Source: Vicinamibacteria bacterium (GTDB lineage: Bacteria > Acidobacteriota > Vicinamibacteria > Marinacidobacterales > Marinacidobacteraceae). Taken from it: DNA of 64,000 bases. Positions 58,454-64,000 of the stretch are shown here, one piece after another; the stretch's first letter is position 1, and every line of letters starts with the position of its first letter. The notes below the pieces were generated by a model. It made no database searches, was not told the DNA's origin, and saw only the letters and a program-made list of their open reading frames with translations. A program made the translations under genes and the position numbers. The DNA lies in NCBI GenBank assembly GCA_963668695.2, contig CAXXLQ010000004.1:2400001-2464000 (forward strand). The letters are read 5' to 3'.

Positions 58454-59563
58454 CTAGGGGTTGCGGTTGAAGCCGCGGGAAGGCAATCCAATATGCTCGG
58501 GGCCGCGCTGCACTCTCAAAACCGTGACCCCGCGGGGTCCGCCAGCGTGGACGGTGATCGGACGCGCCCGAATGGAGGGACGGATGTCGAGCGTCAGACG
58601 TCCGAAATATGCCGCCAGCGACGAAGCAATGTAAACCGGCCGCACCGTGAGGGCGTACTGCGCCGGGGCGAGTCCGGCGAGGAAGAAAAAGCCGTCCTTG
58701 TTGGTGAGGGCGCCCACGCTCTCCACCGGTCTGCCGTCGGTCCCCAGTCGGGTAGCGAGGACGTAGAGGAATCGGACTTCCCCATCGTCGTCGGGAAGAA
58801 CCACCCCTCGAACGCCTCCGGTCGTCTCGATCCAGTTGGTTCGCGGACGAATCAGCGACGCCCCGATCCTGTCGTCCACCGTCAGCCGACCGTCCTGCCG
58901 CAAACCGTAGGACATGAGGGGATCCCGCTGTTGAGGCGCCGACAGCGGTAGCAACCCATCGCGCGACTCATCCCAGGGTCGGTCGGTAGTCGTGCCGGAA
59001 TGCTGGAGGCCGAGGCAGTGCCCGAACTCGTGACGCGCGACAGCGGCGATGTGCGGCAGGCCTTTCGAAGTCGGGGCCAAGAAGACCTGGCACGCCACGA
59101 TTTTCCCGTCCTTGACCACGGCAAGTCCATGCGACGGACCTACGCCCTGGGACACGTACGTCTCCGTCTCGCCGAACGCCTCGTCTTCTTCCGCGACCCG
59201 CCCGATCTCCCAGCGGATGTCCGCGGTTTCGATTGCCGACCACGCGCCCAGCACCTCCCGGTCCAGGAAGCGGACGGCGTTCGCGGTGCTCCCGAATTTG
59301 GTCTTCCACTTCGGAGAATCCACCAGGGTGACGGACAACGTCTGCCCCGGCGCCCACACATCGGGGCTCCAGAGAACCGCCGGCCGCGCGCCGGGGCTTC
59401 CTGTGTAGTAGTTGACCGGGTAGAACACGTAACCCGAGGCCTCGCGCGCCCCGGCGCCCAGCCAGGACGACAGCAACACCACTGCCAGGCTGGCGCCTCC
59501 GAGGAAGCCGCCAGCGGAGAGATGCCGAGTCCATCGTTGCGGTCCGGTGGGTTTCGCGTGCAT
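58454..59563 (-). CDS. Secreted metzincin (matrixin-like) metalloprotease with carboxypeptidase-regulatory-like domain, copy A
   Basis: Signal peptide, HEFGHCLGLQH, Met-turn PLMSY and GFFFLAGLAPAQYAL. Confidence 0.85.
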   Translation of the reverse strand: MHAKPTGPQRWTRHLSAGGFLGGASLAVVLLSSWLGAGAREASGYVFYPVNYYTGSPGARPAVLWSPDVWAPGQTLSVTLVDSPKWKTKFGSTANAVRFLDREVLGAWSAIETADIRWEIGRVAEEDEAFGETETYVSQGVGPSHGLAVVKDGKIVACQVFLAPTSKGLPHIAAVARHEFGHCLGLQHSGTTTDRPWDESRDGLLPLSAPQQRDPLMSYGLRQDGRLTVDDRIGASLIRPRTNWIETTGGVRGVVLPDDDGEVRFLYVLATRLGTDGRPVESVGALTNKDGFFFLAGLAPAQYALTVRPVYIASSLAAYFGRLTLDIRPSIRARPITVHAGGPRGVTVLRVQRGPEHIGLPSRGFNRNP

Positions 59564-60061
59564 CGTCGGCTACTCCTGTTCGAAACGGTCCCGGATTCTG
59601 CGAGGGCTGCGGGGGCTGAACGCGCCCGGACCCCAAATGGAAGTATCGCACTGCACCCCACCAGGCCAATGACGAACAACTCCCAAGAAGGACGCCCAAT
59701 TGGTTGATTTCGCCGGACCCAAACAAATCCGGGCGCGGGGCTCGGTCAGGTCCGGGCGATTACCACCCGGCGGCGGCGGCGGGCGCGGCGCGTTCCCGGC
59801 GCTCGCGGCCCGGCGCACCCGGGCGCCTGCGCGTCTACCGCCCCGGCGCCTGCGATCTGCCGGGCCCCGGGATCGCCCCGGCCGCCGCGTCTCCCCTTCC
59901 GATACCTCGGCGCGACGCCGAGCAACTCCCCGGCCGTCAGCGCGTGGACTGTGAGAGCTCCGTCTCGTTCTGCCCGGGGATTCGAAAACGGAAAAATGAG
60001 GAAGCGAGACCACGCAGGGGGCGGACCGCTGCCAGGCGTTGATGCGAAACTCCGTGCCGCT

Positions 60062-60275
60062 GCCGGTGGGAGAGTGGGGGCGGGTCTTTGGTGACGACGT
60101 GGTGGCCACCGCCATCCTCGATCGGCTGCTCCATCACAGCCACGTGATCACCATCCGTGGGGAAAGCTACCGGCTCCGCGAGAAGCGTCGCAGCGGCCTC
60201 TTCCGGGGCTCCTCCAGCATCCTCTTCTCCTCCGCCGAGCGCACAACGGGGAACCAGCCAAAGGAAACGCCATGA
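60062..60275 (+). pseudogene. istB: IstB 3' part
   Basis: PVGEWGRVFGDDVVATAILDRLLHHSHVITIRGESYR. Confidence 0.9.
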
Positions 60276-60841
60276 ACGTCCCGGACCCTTCGGGGTGGCC
60301 CAGTTTTATCTGTCGCCTGACAACCTCCCGGCCGTCAGCGCGCGGACTGCGAGAGCTCCGCTGCTCCGGCCGGGGGACTCGAAACGAGAACGAATGAGGG
60401 AGCCCCATCAGGCACCCAACAGAGAGGCTCTCCGCAGGCCAATGGGAGGCGCCGATGCGAAACTTCGGCCCGGGTAACGAAGGGGGTGTCAGGCGGAGCC
60501 GCATGAGGGGTCGCCTTTCGTCCGGATTCGGTTGTCCGCGGGGGGCGCACCGCGGGCGGAGCGGACAAAGAGTGCGCGGTCCTCGGAACCCGAGACAGAC
60601 GTGTCAACCCCGAAGACGAGGGTCGACAATCGATGGAGACCCTGAAACGCTGATTTGGCGGACCCAAATGAACTCCGGACGCGGGACTGGAGCGGGTCGC
60701 GGCGATTCGCTTGGCGGCGCCGATGTGTCCCGGCTCCTCCGGTGCTTCCGGCGAAAGCCCCGCCGCGACAGTTGCGGCCGAGCGTCGGGGAGAACCCCCG
60801 GTGGGCAAAGGGGTCGCGGCCGCGCGGCGCCCCGCCGCCCG

Positions 60842-62266
60842 TTACTCGTCCGTCAGGAGCAGTTTGACATCGCTCGGGACCACCAAGGGACAGCTATCGA
60901 AACTTTTGGAGGACCCAAAACGGATCCGGTGCCGGGTCTCTCCCTGGACTTCCTCGTTCGGGAGTACGGTCATGCGAAAGACGAGCGTCCCGGACCCGGA
61001 GGAACCCACCGGGAGCACCCGTTCTCGGGGATCGAACCGCACCTTGCGAGTTTTTCGGAAATCACGCAGAGGTCTCAAGCCGGGATCGTCCAAGACCACC
61101 CAAGCGGTGAGCCCCACTTCGTATTCAAGAGGCGAATAGATCTCGTAGTCCACGAGTAGTTGGTGAGTGGTTCCTTCCGCTGCCAACTCGAGCGAGGCTG
61201 GGTTCCCGCGGACTCGAAACATCCCCAAGATCGGCCCCGGCCGGAACGGGGGCACCGCCGCTTCGTCCTCGTACGTCCTGCACGAGACATCCGTGCAAGC
61301 CAGGACGGGTCCCGCCTGTCCCGGACAGGTACGAAGGATGAGGGGCGGGATTGGCCAGCGGCTATGTGGCACGAACTCGTAAGGAGCCCAGTAGAGCGTG
61401 AAGTCATGCCGCACTCCGGCGGCGCCGGCGCTCCGGATCCGCCAGTCCTTGATCGCGTAGGGCATCAGAAAGTCGGCGACCATGCCCTCGTCTGCCCGGT
61501 CGACCTGCAACGAGATGTCGACCTCATAGACCTCCGGACAGGTGTTTCTGCCGGCGAAGACGTTCCTGAAACCCGGGAACAGCGGCCTTGGGGGGGCGGC
61601 GGTCACGGTCACGCCCTCGCACCGCGCCACCGCGTCGACGGCGACCTCCAGCCTGACTCCTCCTCCCGTCCCCGAGAGTCCCGGGCCGAGCCCCGGGAAC
61701 GGCCGGTGCAACAGATCGAATCGCGTCGTCCTGACGGGACACACTTCCCGGGAGCCGGTTGAGGCCACGGGGACCCCCAAGGGCTCCAGCGTCCAAAACT
61801 GTTCGCCCCGCCCCGGCCATGAATGGGGAAGACTCGATTCCCAGCGCAGGGTCGCGCATTCGGTGAATTCGATCTTCTCCGGCTCCACGGTCAGCGTCGC
61901 GGTGTGGAAGGCCGCTACCGGAAGTTGAACCGATGGAGGCGGCTGCGGCGTCCCTCCCGGGCCTTCCACCACCAGCGTGTACGTGGTGATCTCGTCAACG
62001 CAGACGCGGGTGGATCCGCTCGGCTCGACAGTCCCGATGTCGGGTTCGATCCTGACGGATGTCGCGTTGGTCGTCAACCAGAACAGTTCGGAACACTCCC
62101 ACCTGGCGCGTTGGTAGTCGAGTCTGGCGGTCAGGGTCGCCACCAGTCGAGTGGACCCGACGGTTGGAACACCCGGGCCGGTTTCGGAGTCGCAGCCAGC
62201 CCAGCCCGCCAGCAGACACACGGCCATCAACCCCCACCGGACGGCGCTTCGAGATTCGTGATGCAT
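60842..62266 (-). CDS. Cys-rich beta-sandwich lipoprotein, copy B
   Basis: Paralogue of 57030-58451. Start MHHESRSAVRW at 62266. Confidence 0.75.
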   Translation of the reverse strand: MHHESRSAVRWGLMAVCLLAGWAGCDSETGPGVPTVGSTRLVATLTARLDYQRARWECSELFWLTTNATSVRIEPDIGTVEPSGSTRVCVDEITTYTLVVEGPGGTPQPPPSVQLPVAAFHTATLTVEPEKIEFTECATLRWESSLPHSWPGRGEQFWTLEPLGVPVASTGSREVCPVRTTRFDLLHRPFPGLGPGLSGTGGGVRLEVAVDAVARCEGVTVTAAPPRPLFPGFRNVFAGRNTCPEVYEVDISLQVDRADEGMVADFLMPYAIKDWRIRSAGAAGVRHDFTLYWAPYEFVPHSRWPIPPLILRTCPGQAGPVLACTDVSCRTYEDEAAVPPFRPGPILGMFRVRGNPASLELAAEGTTHQLLVDYEIYSPLEYEVGLTAWVVLDDPGLRPLRDFRKTRKVRFDPRERVLPVGSSGSGTLVFRMTVLPNEEVQGETRHRIRFGSSKSFDSCPLVVPSDVKLLLTDE

Positions 62267-62268
62267 GG

Positions 62269-63372
62269 CTAGGGTTTGAAGTTGAAGCCGCGGGAAGCCC
62301 ATCCAATATGCTCGGGGCCGCGCCCCACTCTCAAAACCGTGATCTCGCGGGGTCCGCCAGCGTCGACGGTGATCGGACGCGCCCGAATGGAGGGACGGAT
62401 GTCGAGCGTCACTCCACCTCCGAAATATGCCGCCACCGACGAAGCAATGTAAAACGGCCGCACCGTAAGGGCGTACTGTGCAGGGGCGAGTCCGGCGAGG
62501 AAGAAAACGCCGTCCTTGTTGGTGAGGGCGCCCACGCTCTCCACCGGTCTGCCGTCGGTCCCCAGTCGGGTAGCGACGACGTAGAGGAATCGGACTTCTC
62601 CATCGTCGTCGGGAAGAACCACCCCCCGAACGCCTCCGGTCGTCTCGATCCAGCCGGTTCGCGGACGAATCAGCGACGCCCCGATCCTGTCGTCCACCGT
62701 CAGCCGACCGTCCTGCCACAAACCGTAGGACATGAGGGGATCCCCCTGTTGAGGCGCCGACAGCGGTAGCAACCCATCGCGCCTCCGATGCCAGGGTCGG
62801 TCGGTAGTCGTGCCCGAATGCAGGAGGCCGAGGCAGTGCCCGAACTCGTGACGCGCGACAGCGGCGACGTACGGCAGGCCTTGCGAAATCGGGCCCAGGG
62901 AGACCCGGCACGCCACGATTTTCCGGTCCCTGATCACGGCAAGTCCATACGTATCTCCGCCCCGGTACACGTACGTGTCCGTCTCGTCGAACGGCTCGTC
63001 TTCTCCCGCGACCCGCCCGATCTCCCAGCGGATGTCCGCGGTTTCGATGGCCGACCACGCGCCCAGCACCTCCCGGTCCAGGAAACGGGCGGCGTTCGCG
63101 GTGCTCCCGAATGTGCTCTTCCACTCCGGAGAATCCACCAGGGTGACGGACAGCGTCTGCCCCGGCGCCCACACATCGGGGCTCCAGAGAACCGCCGGCC
63201 GCGCGCCGGGGCTTGTGTAGTTGATCCGCTGGAACGCGTAACCCGAGGCCTCGCGCGCCCCGGCGCCCAGCCAAGACGACAGCAACACCACTGCCAGGCT
63301 GGCGCCTCCGAGGAAGCCGCCGGCGGAGAGATGCCGAGTCCATCGTTGCGGTCCGGTGGGTTTCGTAGGCAT
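62269..63372 (-). CDS. Secreted metzincin metalloprotease, copy B
   Basis: HEFGHCLGLLH and PLMSY; paralogue of 58454-59563. Confidence 0.85.
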   Translation of the reverse strand: MPTKPTGPQRWTRHLSAGGFLGGASLAVVLLSSWLGAGAREASGYAFQRINYTSPGARPAVLWSPDVWAPGQTLSVTLVDSPEWKSTFGSTANAARFLDREVLGAWSAIETADIRWEIGRVAGEDEPFDETDTYVYRGGDTYGLAVIRDRKIVACRVSLGPISQGLPYVAAVARHEFGHCLGLLHSGTTTDRPWHRRRDGLLPLSAPQQGDPLMSYGLWQDGRLTVDDRIGASLIRPRTGWIETTGGVRGVVLPDDDGEVRFLYVVATRLGTDGRPVESVGALTNKDGVFFLAGLAPAQYALTVRPFYIASSVAAYFGGGVTLDIRPSIRARPITVDAGGPREITVLRVGRGPEHIGWASRGFNFKP

Positions 63373-64000
63373 CGGCGGCTACTCCTGTTCGAAACGGTTC
63401 CGGATTCTGCGAGGGCTGCGGGGGCTGAACGCGCCCAGACCACAAATGGAAGTATTGCACTGCACCCCACCAAGCCAATGAACGAACAACTCCCAAGAAG
63501 GACGCCCAATTAGTTGATTTTGCCGGACCCAAACAGATCCGGGGGCGGGGCTCGGTCAGGTCCGGGCGATTACCACCCGGCGGCGTCGGCGGGCGCGGCG
63601 CGGCACGTTCCCGGCGCCTCAGCCCGGCGCACCCGGGCGCCTGCGCGTCCTACGGCCGCGGCGTCCGCGATCTGCCGGGCCCGGATCGCCCCGGCCGCTG
63701 CGTTCTCCCCTTCCGATACCTCGGCGCGACGCCGAGCAGCCGAGCAACTCCCCGGCCGTCAGCGCGTGGACTGTGAGAGCTCCGTCTCGTTCGGCCCGGG
63801 GATTCGAAAACGGAAGAAATGAGGAAGCGAGACCACGCAGGGGGCGGAGTGCTGCCAAGCGTTGATGCGAAACCTCGCGCCGGGTGTCCCTCCCCCGGTC
63901 GCGGCCTGGAACCCCTCGTAGTCAAAGCGGTTCAGCGTCACCCGGAGCACCTCCGTGGTCTTCGACCGCGACCACCATCCCGCCGGCAGCACGATCTCCC

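Larger units (their letters stand above)
56821..60059 (-). mobile_element. Transposase-free two-gene cassette, copy A, flanked by a 47-bp direct repeat
   Basis: Homologous end to end with 60633-63882. istB bases 56775-56821 are repeated exactly at 60062-60108. Confidence 0.65.
54785..60322 (+). mobile_element. IS21 family element interrupted by a cargo insertion
   Basis: IRL TGTCAGGCGACACCCAAAACTGGGCCACC and IRR GGTGGCCCAGTTTTATCTGTCGCCTGACA, with an internal repeat of the IR motif and istA/istB. No flanking direct repeat. Confidence 0.92.
60633..63882 (-). repeat. Two-gene cassette, copy B
   Basis: Starts ATGGAGACCCTGAA and ends GATGCGAAAC...GCCG, like copy A, and is collinear throughout. 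Confidence 0.85.

Noticed and set aside
59900-60000. c-di-GMP-I riboswitch in the cassette leader (minus strand GTCCACG...TGACGGCCGG)
   Set aside because: Only a partial P2 resemblance; the GGCAAA/GAAA/GCAAAG elements are not convincingly present.
57030-62266. Diversity-generating retroelement TR/VR pair
   Set aside because: Differences between the paralogues are not adenine-specific, include indels and span whole genes. No RT is present in the window.

Overview
This is a high-GC bacterial chromosomal window. The gene content (Tat substrates, VPS10-type propellers, bshA, a TonB receptor) suggests a diderm such as an Acidobacteriota member, which is inference only. It holds about 45 CDSs: housekeeping and envelope genes, two VapBC-type TA pairs, an ECF sigma/anti-sigma pair, a cobO plus ABC transporter cluster, a two-gene candidate defence island (36.2-40.0 kb) and two tandem arsR genes. 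An IS21 element has its istB split by a transposase-free ~3.24 kb two-gene cassette flanked by a 47-bp direct repeat, and a second copy of that cassette follows the IS. No rRNA, tRNA or CRISPR array was seen. The most unusual signal is in the intergenic DNA: a fixed 18-nt sequence, CCCCACCGGGAGAACTGG, occurs about 30 times. It is inserted in both orientations, with no target duplication, at several distinct positions inside two unrelated palindromic repeat families (an IS5-like MITE and a REP-like family). Matching empty sites are visible in the same window. All product calls come from motif recognition by eye; no database searches were run.
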